From contig JBKPOU010000029.1 in the NCBI GenBank assembly GCA_046733255.1, positions 5,714 to 69,713 of the forward strand: a stretch of 64,000 bases of DNA, written 5' to 3'. Source of the DNA: Pseudomonadota bacterium (GTDB lineage: Bacteria; Pseudomonadota; Alphaproteobacteria; Sphingomonadales; Sphingomonadaceae). Positions 47,896 to 58,228 of the stretch are shown here, piece after piece. Under the pieces are notes generated by a model. The model had not been told where the DNA came from. It ran no database searches and saw nothing but the letters and a program-made list of their open reading frames with translations. The position numbers and the translations under genes were made by a program. Within the stretch, counting starts at the first letter, position 1. The number at the start of each line of letters is the position of its first letter.

Positions 47896-50243
47896 TGCGG
47901 TGCGCGCGGGATCGTCAGGGTGACGGTCGTGCCCTTGCCCTTTGTCGAGACGAGGTCGACCTTTCCGCCGTGCGCCTCCGCGAACTGGCGGGCGAGCGGG
48001 AGACCGAGGCCGAGGGCCGCCTCGCCCTGCGACGGGTCCTGTTTCACTCGGTCAAAGCGGTTGAAGACCCGCGGCAAGTCCTTCTTCGCGATCCCCGGGC
48101 CGTTGTCACTGATCTGCACGAAAGCCTGGTCGTCATCGCCCCACGCCTTCACCGCGATCTTCCCGCCGCGCTCGGTATATGCAGCCGCATTCTCCAGGAG
48201 ATGCTCGATGGATTCCCGAAGCCGCCTGGCGTCCCCGACAACCGTTCCGGTTGTCTCCGAAATCTCGCTTGAGAGCTTCTGCCCTTTTTCTTTCGTCCGC
48301 GCTTCGAACTTGTCGACCGCTGTCCGGCACAGCCCTTCCATGTCGACCCGCTCGCGCTCGAGAATGATGCCGACCGAGTCGCCCTGGGTCAGGTCGAGGA
48401 CGTTGTTGATCAGCTTCGACAGGCGCTCCACCGACTCCAGGATCGCTTGAACATAATCCGAAGCGGCTGGGCTGAGCGCGCCGGCGTAACCCTGCGAAAG
48501 CATTTCCGCGAAGCCGCCGATCGAGGTGAGCGGAGTGCGTAGCTCGTAGCTCATGTTGGCGACGAAGTCGGTCTTAACGCGGTCGGCCTGCTCGAGCGCG
48601 GTGGCACGTTCACGCAATGCGGCCTCAATTCGGGTCGAGTCGGTCACATCGACCAAGGTGAAGAGCGCGTTACCGTCGGGGAGGGGCACAGCGGCGAACT
48701 CGAAATGGCGTCCGTCCGTCACCGTGATCCGCCCATTGGCGGGCTCGCGGTCGCTGGTCGTCTTGCGGACCATCTCGCGAATCTGCGCCGCTGCGGTCGG
48801 ATTGACGAGCTTGCGGGCGAGCGCAGGAACCATCTCGTCGACCCGCGGATGCTCGGCCAGCCATTCCTCGTCGAGTCCCCAGACCTGGCTGAATCGGCGG
48901 TTCCAAAGATAGAGCCGCCCATCGCTCGCGAACACGCCGATCGCTTCGAACAGATTGTCGAACGTCGCAGAGCGAACCCGAAGCAATGTGTCGCGCGCCG
49001 AGGCGAGACGCGCCTGCTCGGTCCGGTCCTCAAGAAACAGCCGAAGGCCGCCGTCGGGAAGCGTCTGGGCGACCACCCGCCAATGCTCGCCGCCGGGCAG
49101 CATCCAATCCTCTTCGATGACCTCTTCCGGGCTCGTGAACCAGTCGCGGCGCTCGGCCTTCCAGGTCGGGAAATCGCGGGTCTCCGGGACTCGGTTCTGC
49201 TCGCGCATCCGCTCGATCACCCGGTCGAATTCGGGCTTCTCGTTCAGCCAGTCCGGATCGAGCTGCCCCATCGCCGCGAACGGGCGATTGAAGAAGCTCA
49301 GCGACCGGTCGGCGTCGAATTGCGCCGCGCCCGCGCTCATGCGGTCGACTAGGTCGCGCTGCGACTGGACCTGCCGCGCAAGTTCTGCCCGAGTGTCCTC
49401 GAGATCCTGGACGTCGATCGCGAATCCGGCGACCGCGCCGGTGGGGAGCGGCACGTTCACGATGTTCAGCATGCGCCGCTCGCCGCGGACGATCGCTGCC
49501 TGGCTGCGAGCAGTCGGCTTGCCGCTGTCGAGAGCGGTCATCGCCGCGGCCTTCGCCTCCTCCGTGTCACCGACCAGCTCGCTCGACCGGGCGATGACGT
49601 CGGCCGCATCCCGGCCCTCGACGGCATCGACGAAGGCGCTGTTGACGAGGCCGAGGTTGAGGTCGGGACCCCGGTACCACATCGGAAAGGGCGCGGCTTC
49701 GATCAGCCGAGTGAGGGCGTCGAGCGCCGCTTCGGTCTGGTTGAGGCGAAGCGACAACTTTGAGCGCTCGGCCTCGGCAGTGCTGGAATCGAGCAGCCAC
49801 AGGAGCATCGTGCCGGGAAGTTCGGGGGCAGGAGCCGGCGCACCGCGGACGTCGAAGACCCGGCCCGAGCCGGCGACCCGGACCTGGCACTGCAGCTGGC
49901 TGCCGGACATCGATGCTTCGCGAAGCTGCGCTGCGAGCGTTTCCACGTCTACCGCGACGAGGCCTCTGTCGGTTCCGGCAAGGGCCTTCAGGTCTCGCGG
50001 AAGCTTGTCGATCCCGATCTCGCGGAGCAGCCGCGCATCTGTCTCGATCGAACCGTCGGCGCGGACCACGAGCGGCCGTCCCGGCGAAAGATCGAGCAAT
50101 GTCTGCAAGGAGCGCGCGGCCGACAGAACGCCGCTAGCTGCGCGAAGCCGTCGCGCCGCCATGATCGAAAGGATCGCGGCAATGAGGATCCATAACGCCG
50201 CGAGCGCGGCGGCGAGGACGCCCGTAGTCGCAAGCCCGGCCAC
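47892..50243 (-). CDS. divL: DivL-type PAS pseudo-histidine kinase
   Basis: N-terminal TM helix, multiple PAS domains, H-box reads FVANMSYELRTPL (Tyr in place of His); conserved position upstream of tsaE. Confidence 0.85.
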   Translation of the reverse strand: MAGLATTGVLAAALAALWILIAAILSIMAARRLRAASGVLSAARSLQTLLDLSPGRPLVVRADGSIETDARLLREIGIDKLPRDLKALAGTDRGLVAVDVETLAAQLREASMSGSQLQCQVRVAGSGRVFDVRGAPAPAPELPGTMLLWLLDSSTAEAERSKLSLRLNQTEAALDALTRLIEAAPFPMWYRGPDLNLGLVNSAFVDAVEGRDAADVIARSSELVGDTEEAKAAAMTALDSGKPTARSQAAIVRGERRMLNIVNVPLPTGAVAGFAIDVQDLEDTRAELARQVQSQRDLVDRMSAGAAQFDADRSLSFFNRPFAAMGQLDPDWLNEKPEFDRVIERMREQNRVPETRDFPTWKAERRDWFTSPEEVIEEDWMLPGGEHWRVVAQTLPDGGLRLFLEDRTEQARLASARDTLLRVRSATFDNLFEAIGVFASDGRLYLWNRRFSQVWGLDEEWLAEHPRVDEMVPALARKLVNPTAAAQIREMVRKTTSDREPANGRITVTDGRHFEFAAVPLPDGNALFTLVDVTDSTRIEAALRERATALEQADRVKTDFVANMSYELRTPLTSIGGFAEMLSQGYAGALSPAASDYVQAILESVERLSKLINNVLDLTQGDSVGIILERERVDMEGLCRTAVDKFEARTKEKGQKLSSEISETTGTVVGDARRLRESIEHLLENAAAYTERGGKIAVKAWGDDDQAFVQISDNGPGIAKKDLPRVFNRFDRVKQDPSQGEAALGLGLPLARQFAEAHGGKVDLVSTKGKGTTVTLTIPRAPQ

Positions 50244-50309
50244 GCCTTGTTTATCCCCCGCTACGCATGCCCGGAGAGATTAGACCCTCCGGCAGCGTTG
50301 CAAAGTGCG

Positions 50310-50341
50310 AAAAAAAGGGCCGCCTCCCGTAGGAAGCGCCC
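50310..50341 (-). terminator. Intrinsic terminator of the TonB-dependent receptor gene
   Basis: GGGCGCTTCC-TACG-GGAGGCGGCCC followed by T7 on the minus strand; C(UACG)G tetraloop. Confidence 0.85.
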
Positions 50342-50357
50342 CAAAGGTCGATTTTAC

Positions 50358-53300
50358 TCAGGCGATCAGAACTTTGCCGTCACCGAGGCGAAAATCCGAC
50401 GGCCGAGATAGTCGTACTGGCTGCCGTTGATCGGCGCCCTTCCGATCACGCCTCCGGCCTGGCTTCCAATCGCGGAAACTCGCGCCGGCTTCGTGTCGAA
50501 GATGTTGCGCATGCCGACCGTGAAGTCGAAGCGCGGGCCGACGTTCACCGTGACCGAAGCCGAGTGATAGAATTTCGGCTCGCCCCGGAAGTCCGGGCAA
50601 AGGGTCTTGGCGGGGTTCAAGGCGCTCGGGAAGCAGACGTCTCCGTTGTTTACCAACTCGACGTCGCGGCGGTCGGATGTGCCTCCGACCACGTCGAGAC
50701 CGTAGACGACGGTGAACGGCTGGTAATCCCAGGTGGCGTCGAACTCGCCGACCCACTTCGGATCGCCCATTTCGCCATTGTCGTCCGTTGCGGTTCCACC
50801 GAACAGCTCGAACTTGTCCTTCAGCTGCCACGTCATCTGGGCGAGAAGCGCGAGCTTCCCGTGGCGCCCCATGTCCTGGTTGAACCGGCCGGTAACATCG
50901 ATGCCCCGATTTTGCTGGCTATTGATGTTCAGGAACGGGTCCGAGACGGTGATAATTTGATCATCTCGGGTGGCGCCCGGATCTGTTTCGCGAACGAAGA
51001 GATCGCAAAGCGGGTCATCCGGGAAGAATTCCGAGTTGTAGCAACCCGATAGGATGTTCGCCGGCCCGAGAGTCGCAATCTCGCCCTTCACCTTGATGTC
51101 GAAATAATCGACGGCAACGCTGAACCGCCCGCCGTCCCAGAACCACCTGTCCGGAGTGAGGATCACGCTCACTGTCTTCGCGGTTGAGGTTTCCGGGTCG
51201 AGAAGACCTATGCCGCCGCCGCTGCTGACAAGAGCGGAGCTTGTTCCGCCACCGCTGTAGCCGGCAGGTACGCCGTCGGCCTGGCAATTCGCCTGCAGCC
51301 GCGGGTCATTTGACCTCTCCCAGTGGATGCACGGGTCGATCGCTATCTGGCTGGCAAAGCTCGTTTCGTCGTTCAGGAACGACTCGAACAGGGCCGGAGC
51401 GCGGAAGGATGTGCCGATTGTACCGCGGAAACGCAGCCAGTTGTTGACCTGCCAGTTGCCGCCGATCTTGTAGGTCCAGTTTCCCTTGTCGGAATCGTGT
51501 ACCCCGTCAGCCCGCTCGGAATAGACGTTGGTGAGGCGAGCCGCAGCCGACAGATCGAGCGATTGTGCGAAGGGCATATCGTGGAGAAGCGGAATTTCCG
51601 TTTCGCCGAAAATCTCGCTCGTGGTCTGGTGACCGGCCGTAACGCCGGCTGCAGTCAGGCCCCAAGAATTTCCGGCTTGTGTAGCCGGTCCGGGAACGTC
51701 GTTGATCTCGTCTCGCCGCCACTGCACGCCGAGCGCCAGCTGGACCGGGCCTGCCGGTAGCTCGAACAGGTTGCCCGACGCGGAGGCCTCTCCCGTCAAC
51801 TGCTTGTAAAGGGTGTTGCCCTTGTCCTCGCCGAGCAGGAACGCAGCCTCCTCCGGAGTGAAGTCGCCCCGCAGGACGCGCGGGTCGGTGAAGTCTATGT
51901 CGACGCAGGGCACGCCGCGGATCGACGTGGTCGTTCCCTCGCAGGACTGGGTCCTCAGGTTGAACGTGTCGAACGCGTCCTGGAAGACGATGTCGAACGT
52001 ATAGTCGCCATCCGAACGGCTGTACTGGCCCCAGGTGTTCCACTCCCAGCTTGGCAGCAGGTTTCCGAAATCGCCCTGGGCGCCGACGACTCCACGCCAA
52101 TAGTCGACGTTCGTCCTGGTACCGAAGTGGTCGGTTACGGCCACAGGGATAAGGATGACCTCGCCGCTGAACTCCTGGTTGAACGGGTCGCCCGAGAACA
52201 GGTCACCGCTGTAGCCGAACAGGTACGGGAGAACCGAACTTCCGGTGAACTGTTGCGGGAAAATTTGGCGGCTGCCGTCCGACTTGGTCTTGCGCTTGTT
52301 GTACAGGAATTCGGCGAACAGCTCGGCGTGCGGGCTCAGCTCGATGCCGCCATTCGCATAAACCGTGAAACGGTCCGTCTTGGGGATGATGCTGTCACCG
52401 AGCGGAACCGTGAAATTCGTGATTCCGGTAGAAACCTCGTCGAAGTTGACGGGCAGGACATTGGCTGGTGCGCAGAACTGGATGAAGTTCGTGCAGGGCC
52501 GCAATGGCGGGACAAACGGAGCCGACGGATTGTTCGGATCATTGAACTGAATCGCGGCGACGTCGAACGGAGCACCCGGAAAAGCGCACAGGTTCGAATT
52601 GAAAAACCCGGGCTGCACCAGGCAAGGGTTGTCGAAATCGACGGGAATGCCGAAAGCGTCTGCAACGTCGTTCTGGAAATCCGCCAATGCGATCACCGGG
52701 CCGAAGATGTCGCCTTCGCACGCAGGCTCCCCAGTGCGCGGATCGATGAGGTCGTTGCGATTGCCCTGCTCGTCGAACGTATAGTCTTCGGTGCAGCCAA
52801 GGAAGTCGCGGTCGCCGCGCTCGAGCTCGTTCCGGTGGAAATAGCTTCCGCTGACCAAAACGTGAGCGTTGCCCCAGTCCTTGCCCCAGGTGACGCTAGT
52901 GTCATAGGTCTCGCCGCCGCTCTGGATCGGCGGAGACGCGAAGAGCCGAAGCTCAACGCCGTCCGTGCTTCGGCGAGTGATCACGTTGACGACGCCTGCG
53001 ATCGCGTCCGAACCGTAAATCGAAGAGGCGCCGGTCTTCAGCACTTCCACCGATTCGACGATCGAAGACGGAAGGACGTTGAGGTCGAACGACGCTATCG
53101 AGCCACGCGTACCGGCCGGACCGGCGCGCTTCCCGTTCAGGAGCACGAGGGTGCGCTCGGCGCCGAGCCCGCGCAGCGAAATCGTCTCTGCGCCCGGTCC
53201 GCCGTTGGTCACGAAGTTGGACGAAAGAAACGAGGTGATCTGCGTCGATCCCGCAGCGACGATCGACTGCTGGAGGATTTCCGCGGTGTCGGCACTGCCC

Positions 53301-53662
53301 TGCTTGAGCGACAGCTGGGGATCGATGACCGTGATCGGGTCGGGGCTCGTGAATGCGTTCTTCCGGAGCCGGGAGCCGGTGACGACGATCGCCTGGTCGG
53401 GTGTCTTTTCAGCCTGCTTTTCCGCGACCTCGGGCGGCGGCATGGTGGCCAGCTCGCCTGCTTCGTTGGCGCTCCCTTCCGCTCCGGCCTGCCCCTGGAT
53501 GCAGAGATCGCGGTCCGTTGGATTTGCCAGTTTCGCGCAATCCTGCACTTCGGTGGCGGTCACAGGCGCGGCGGGCGGCTCGTTCTGCGCGAAGGCCGGC
53601 GCGCTGAATGCCAGTGCGGCGACGGATGCGCTGCATAGCAGCAGGCGCGACGAATCGATCAT
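50358..53662 (-). CDS. TonB-dependent outer membrane receptor
   Basis: Signal peptide, IVVTGSRL TonB box, ISLRGLGAERTLVLLNG plug, VEVLKTGASSIYGSDAIAGVVN, C-terminal F; ATG at 53662 after GGGGAG. Confidence 0.96.
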
Positions 53663-53758
53663 TGAACTCTCCCCAAAATCAGCCCTCACCGAAAGTTAGG
53701 CAGGGGAATTGGCGGAACGGAAGCCGTTTGAGTTCGACCGGTTCGGAATCTGAAACTT

Positions 53759-53776
53759 TGTAGCATTAATGCAACA
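53759..53776. promoter_or_regulatory. 18-bp palindrome in the divergent TBDR / sulfotransferase promoter region
   Basis: TGTAGCATTAATGCAACA, one mismatched pair. Confidence 0.45.
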
Positions 53777-53876
53777 TTCAGGTTCTGTCGGTTTCCCGAC
53801 AGTTTCGAGGAGTCGGGAGCGCATTTTCGGTCGCCCCTTTTTTAAACGGTGCCAGCTGGTTACTGGCCCACCCGCG

Positions 53877-55457
53877 ATGACCGGCACCAAGTCCAAAACA
53901 TACCCCAGGCTCGAAGCCGCGGAAGACATGCTGCGCAGCGGTCTCGGTGAAGAGGCTGCTGCCCAAGTGATCGAGCATCTGCGCGACGAAGGAGACGAAC
54001 CGCAGGGCTTCGTTCTGCTGGGCGAGATCGCCTCAAAGGCCGGCGCTTACGTCCAGGCGGAGCAATTCCTTCGCCGCGCGATCGTTCTCGGCGCGGCCAC
54101 CTACGCGGTGCATCGCGACCTTGCCCTCGTGGTCCTGAAGCAGGATCGCCTCGAGGAAGCGCTCGGTGCTTTCACTGCTCTCCAACGGCACGTCGACGAT
54201 CTGGGCCTCAAGGCGACGCGGGCGATGATCCTCGATCGGCTGGGGCGGACGGACGAAGCGCTGGCCGAGCATGAGCGAGTGATCGCCGAATCCCGCGCCG
54301 AACCTCAACATTGGATCGCGTACGGCCATAGCCTGCGCTTTGCAGGCCGGACGGACGAAGCAGTCGCGGCCTACCGTCGCGCACTTTCGCAGGCTCCGGA
54401 CTGCGGCGAAGCCTGGTGGAGCCTTGCCGACGTCAAATCGCAAGGCCTCGCCGACGAAGACCTCGCTGAAATGCAGCGCCAGCTCGGACTGGTTGCCGGC
54501 TCGCCAGAGGCCGCTGCGATTCACATGGCGCTTGGGCGGGGCTGGAACGACCGCGGCGATTTTGCCCGGGCGATGGACGATTACCGTGAGGGAAATCGCA
54601 TACGGGCCGAACGCGCCAATTACGACCCCAACGACCTCACCCGGGAAATCGACCAGTTCATCCACGAAACGGGACCAGGCGAGTTCGGGCCGCCAGCCGA
54701 AAGCGATGTCCCAACGCCGATTTTCCTGGTGAGCCTGCCGCGCTCCGGCTCGACTTTGCTCGAACAAATGCTGGCTCGGCACCCGGACATCGAGGCCGTC
54801 GGAGAACTTCCCTACGTCCGCGCCCTGATGCGCGCGTCAATGGAAGTGCACATGCGGCGGCGCGTACTGGACGTTCCCGAATATGTTGCTCAGCTAGGCG
54901 GCGAAGAAAGAAGCGCTCTCGGGCAGGAATATCTGAGGCGCGCGGCTCAGCATCGCCGAACGGACGCCCGCTATTTCATCGACAAGATGCCGTCCAACTG
55001 GACCGACATCCCTTTCATCCGCGCGATCCTTCCGCAGGCGCGGTTCATCGAGATACGCCGCGACCCGATGGATTGCTGCTTTTCCAACTACACTCACCAT
55101 TTCGGCTCCGCGCTGGCGGCGTCGTTCGACCTCGTCCATCAGGCGCGAGCCTGCGTCGACTACACGCGGCTGATGGATCACCTGCAGCACATCGCGCCCG
55201 GTATGGTCTGCACGATCCGCTACGAACAGCTGGTCGAGACTCCCGAGAGTGAGCTTAGGAAAGCGCTCGATCACCTCGGACTCGAGTGGACGGATGAACT
55301 GTTGCGGTTTCACGAATCGGGCGGTTCGGTCCGGACGCCGAGCACCGAGCAAGTTCGCCAGCCCTTGAACCGGTCGGGCATTGGCCGCTGGAAGGATTAC
55401 GCCGAGTGGCTTCAGCCGCTGCGCGACACGCTCGGGCCGCTAGCCCACCCTCAGTAG
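53877..55457 (+). CDS. TPR-repeat protein with C-terminal PAPS-dependent sulfotransferase domain
   Basis: TPR-like helices in the N-terminal half; 5'-[22 protein letters not shown]; IDKMP; 3'-[14 protein letters not shown]; [12 protein letters not shown]. Start at 53877 or 53928. Confidence 0.9.
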   Translation: MTGTKSKTYPRLEAAEDMLRSGLGEEAAAQVIEHLRDEGDEPQGFVLLGEIASKAGAYVQAEQFLRRAIVLGAATYAVHRDLALVVLKQDRLEEALGAFTALQRHVDDLGLKATRAMILDRLGRTDEALAEHERVIAESRAEPQHWIAYGHSLRFAGRTDEAVAAYRRALSQAPDCGEAWWSLADVKSQGLADEDLAEMQRQLGLVAGSPEAAAIHMALGRGWNDRGDFARAMDDYREGNRIRAERANYDPNDLTREIDQFIHETGPGEFGPPAESDVPTPIFLVSLPRSGSTLLEQMLARHPDIEAVGELPYVRALMRASMEVHMRRRVLDVPEYVAQLGGEERSALGQEYLRRAAQHRRTDARYFIDKMPSNWTDIPFIRAILPQARFIEIRRDPMDCCFSNYTHHFGSALAASFDLVHQARACVDYTRLMDHLQHIAPGMVCTIRYEQLVETPESELRKALDHLGLEWTDELLRFHESGGSVRTPSTEQVRQPLNRSGIGRWKDYAEWLQPLRDTLGPLAHPQ

Positions 55458-56863
55458 CGGTAATGTTCCGGCTTGAACGGGCCGTCCTGCGACACGCCGA
55501 TATAGGCCGCCTGTTTCTCGTTCAACTTCGTCAGGTGCACCCCAAGCTTCTCGAGGTGAAGCCGCGCGACCTTCTCGTCGAGGTGCTTGGGCAATACATA
55601 GACGTCGTTCTTGTATTGGTCGGACTTCGTCCAGAGCTCGATCTGGGCGAGCACCTGGTTGGTGAAGCTGGAGCTCATCACGAAGCTGGGGTGCCCCGTC
55701 GCGCAGCCCAGGTTCACCAGGCGGCCTTTGGCTAGCACGATGATCTTCTTGCCGTCGGGGAACTCGACCTCGTCGACCTGCGGCTTGATCTCCGTCCACT
55801 TCATGTTGGCCAGCGCGCCGATCTGAATTTCTGAATCGAAGTGACCGATGTTCGAGACGATGGCCATGTTCTTCATCGCCCGCATGTGGTCGAGCGTGAT
55901 GACGTCCATGTTGCCGGTCGCGGTGACGAAGATGTCGGCGCGCTTCACCGCCTCCTCCATCGTCACCACCTCATAGCCTTCCATCGCCGCCTGCAGAGCG
56001 CAGATCGGGTCGACTTCGGTGACCAGCACGCGAGCGCCGCCGTTGCGGAGCGATGCCGCCGAGCCCTTGCCGACGTCACCGTAGCCGGCGACGCAGGCGA
56101 CCTTGCCGGCCAGCATCACGTCGGTCGCGCGGCGGATGGCGTCGACCAGCGACTCCTTGCAGCCGTAGAGGTTGTCGAACTTCGACTTGGTGACGCTGTC
56201 GTTGACGTTGATCGCCGGGAACGGGAGCTTGCCCTGCTTGGCGAGGTCGTATAGCCGATGGACGCCCGTCGTCGTCTCCTCGGAAACGCCCTTGATGGCC
56301 TCGACCGTCTTCGTGAGATAGCCCGGACGCTCCTTCAGGAAGCGGTTCAGGGTCGCGGCGAAGATCTCCTCTTCCTCGTTCGAAGGCACGAACAGGCTCT
56401 CGCCCTTCTCGACCCGATAGCCCCACAGCGCGAACATCGTCGCGTCGCCGCCGTCGTCGAGGATCATGTTGCAGGTCTGGTCCTGGCCCCAGTCGAAGAT
56501 TCGGACGACATAGTTCCAATAGTCTTCGAGCGTCTCACCCTTGATCGCGAACACCGGCGTGCCGCCGGCCGCGATCGCCGCCGCCGCATGGTCCTGAGTG
56601 GAGAAGATGTTGCAGCTTGCCCAGCGGACCTCGGCGCCTAGAGCGATCAACGTCTCGATCAGAACAGCGGTCTGAATCGTCATGTGCAGCGAGCCGGTGA
56701 TCCGCGCACCCGTGAGCGGCTTTGCCGCGCCATATTCCTCGCGCAGCGCCATCAGGCCCGGCATCTCCGTCTCGGCGATCTCGATTTCCTTGCGGCCGAA
56801 ATCGGCGAGGGAAATGTCCTTCACGACATAGTCGTTGAAACGCGTCTCAGCCTGGGTCGCCAC
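55451..56863 (-). CDS. ahcY: Adenosylhomocysteinase
   Basis: [51 protein letters not shown]. Confidence 0.99.
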   Translation of the reverse strand: MATQAETRFNDYVVKDISLADFGRKEIEIAETEMPGLMALREEYGAAKPLTGARITGSLHMTIQTAVLIETLIALGAEVRWASCNIFSTQDHAAAAIAAGGTPVFAIKGETLEDYWNYVVRIFDWGQDQTCNMILDDGGDATMFALWGYRVEKGESLFVPSNEEEEIFAATLNRFLKERPGYLTKTVEAIKGVSEETTTGVHRLYDLAKQGKLPFPAINVNDSVTKSKFDNLYGCKESLVDAIRRATDVMLAGKVACVAGYGDVGKGSAASLRNGGARVLVTEVDPICALQAAMEGYEVVTMEEAVKRADIFVTATGNMDVITLDHMRAMKNMAIVSNIGHFDSEIQIGALANMKWTEIKPQVDEVEFPDGKKIIVLAKGRLVNLGCATGHPSFVMSSSFTNQVLAQIELWTKSDQYKNDVYVLPKHLDEKVARLHLEKLGVHLTKLNEKQAAYIGVSQDGPFKPEHYRY

Positions 56864-56940
56864 GAAAGTCTCCGCAAAAATGTGTTTGCCAAATGGATTT
56901 GGGATGCGCGCGCCCTAGCGATGTAAGGCGTCCAAAGCAA

Positions 56941-56960
56941 ATATAAAGAATTCTTTATAT
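56941..56960. promoter_or_regulatory. Perfect 20-bp palindrome upstream of ahcY; candidate SahR operator
   Basis: ATATAAAGAATTCTTTATAT; core ATAAAG-N4-CTTTAT. Confidence 0.7.
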
Positions 56961-57479
56961 GTTGGAAGGGCTGCTCGCTGAGCCGGGACCCAGAGCACGT
57001 TGCATATAGACAGTGTCGAGCCATCGGTCCTTCTTCCACCCGACTGAGGACAGACGTCCAACAGTCTCGAAGTCGCAGCTCTCGTGAAGCTTCACCGACG
57101 TCGGCTCCGCACCTCCTATGACGGCAATCATTTGTCGGAAGCCGTACGCTTCGGCTCGACGGCACAATTCTTGAAGGAGCGCTTTCCCGATCCCGCGACC
57201 CAGGCTGTCCGCTCGAACGTAGATGCTGTTCTCGCACGTGAAGCGATACGCCGGGCGGTCGCGGAGCTGCTCGGCATAGGAGTAGCCGACCAGCTGATTG
57301 CCTTCGCAGGCAACCAGGAAGGGCCAGGCGCGCGCCGTGATCCTCTCGATCTTGGCTCGAGTGAACGTCACTGACGGCGGTTCGATTTCGTACGATGCCG
57401 TGCCGTTGAGCACGTGGTGCGCATAGATCCCGGCGATCGCCACCGCGTCCTCATTTCGAACGTCCCGTATTTCGATCAC
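56955..57479 (-). CDS. GNAT N-acetyltransferase (YncA/MddA/Pat-like)
   Basis: IYAHHVLNGTASYE, ENSIYV, GRGIGKALL, SVKLHE, VGWKKDRWLD. Confidence 0.88.
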   Translation of the reverse strand: MIEIRDVRNEDAVAIAGIYAHHVLNGTASYEIEPPSVTFTRAKIERITARAWPFLVACEGNQLVGYSYAEQLRDRPAYRFTCENSIYVRADSLGRGIGKALLQELCRRAEAYGFRQMIAVIGGAEPTSVKLHESCDFETVGRLSSVGWKKDRWLDTVYMQRALGPGSASSPSNI

Positions 57480-57533
57480 GGCCGCTGCAAAGCGCCAATC
57501 TGCCCGCTCAGCGCAAGGTGAAGATTTGGCCCG

Positions 57534-58106
57534 CTAAGCGGCTCCAGTCTCGCTCGATAACAGCCGCGGGTCGACTCCGGCGGCCTTGAATGCTGCCGCC
57601 CATCGCTCGTCGGTCGGCGTGTCGAACAGGATCGAGTCGCTTCCGTCCGCGGCGAACCACCCGTGGCGGGTCATTTCGCTGTCGAGCTGTCCTTCCTCCC
57701 AGCCCGCATAGCCGAGCGCCGCTATCCAGCGCGAGGGGCCGCGCCCTTCCGCTATCGCTCGAAGGACGTCGATCGTTCCTGTCATGGCGAACAGCTTTCC
57801 GCCCGGCCCTGCCACCTGCAGGGTGTCCTGCCCGCCCCAGTCGGCCGAGTGGAGAACGAAGCCGCGCCCCGGCTCGACTGGTCCGCCATGGTGGACGGCA
57901 CAGTCCGGCGCCTCGCCCGGATCGATCTCCAGCTGCCTCAAAAGCGCCCGAAAGCGAAGGCCTGCTCGTTTCTGGCCAATGCCAATGCCGACCGCGCCAT
58001 TCTCGTCATGGACGCAAATCGCGATCACCGCCCGCTCGAACCTCGGGTCGGACATGCCCGGCATCGCAAGTAGCAGCTTGCCCGAAAGGAACGGTGCATC
58101 GTCCAT
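57534..58106 (-). CDS. YqgE/AlgH family protein
   Basis: LLLAMPGMSDPRFERAV, GGPVEPGRGFVLH, GYAGWEEGQLDSE; ATG at 58106. Confidence 0.92.
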   Translation of the reverse strand: MDDAPFLSGKLLLAMPGMSDPRFERAVIAICVHDENGAVGIGIGQKRAGLRFRALLRQLEIDPGEAPDCAVHHGGPVEPGRGFVLHSADWGGQDTLQVAGPGGKLFAMTGTIDVLRAIAEGRGPSRWIAALGYAGWEEGQLDSEMTRHGWFAADGSDSILFDTPTDERWAAAFKAAGVDPRLLSSETGAA

Positions 58107-58165
58107 CGGGGCATGATGAAACGGCCGCACCAATGCGGCAAGGCCGCTTCGCCGCGGATTCGCGT

Positions 58166-58194
58166 CTTGAGAGCGCGAACGGCCGACCCTATGT
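58166..58194 (+). promoter_or_regulatory. Candidate RpoH (sigma32) promoter for the peroxiredoxin
   Basis: CTTGAG-N16-CCTATGT. Confidence 0.6.
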
Positions 58195-58228
58195 CGCGCC
58201 CTCAACGGCCCAGCAGGAGACAAGAGAC

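Noticed and set aside
53722-53736. LexA box (GTTC repeat)
   Set aside because: The spacer is 5 bp rather than the 7 bp of the alphaproteobacterial GTTC-N7-GTTC site.
56864-56954. SAH or SAM riboswitch upstream of ahcY
   Set aside because: The leader is short and lacks recognisable conserved riboswitch elements; a protein-operator palindrome explains the region better.
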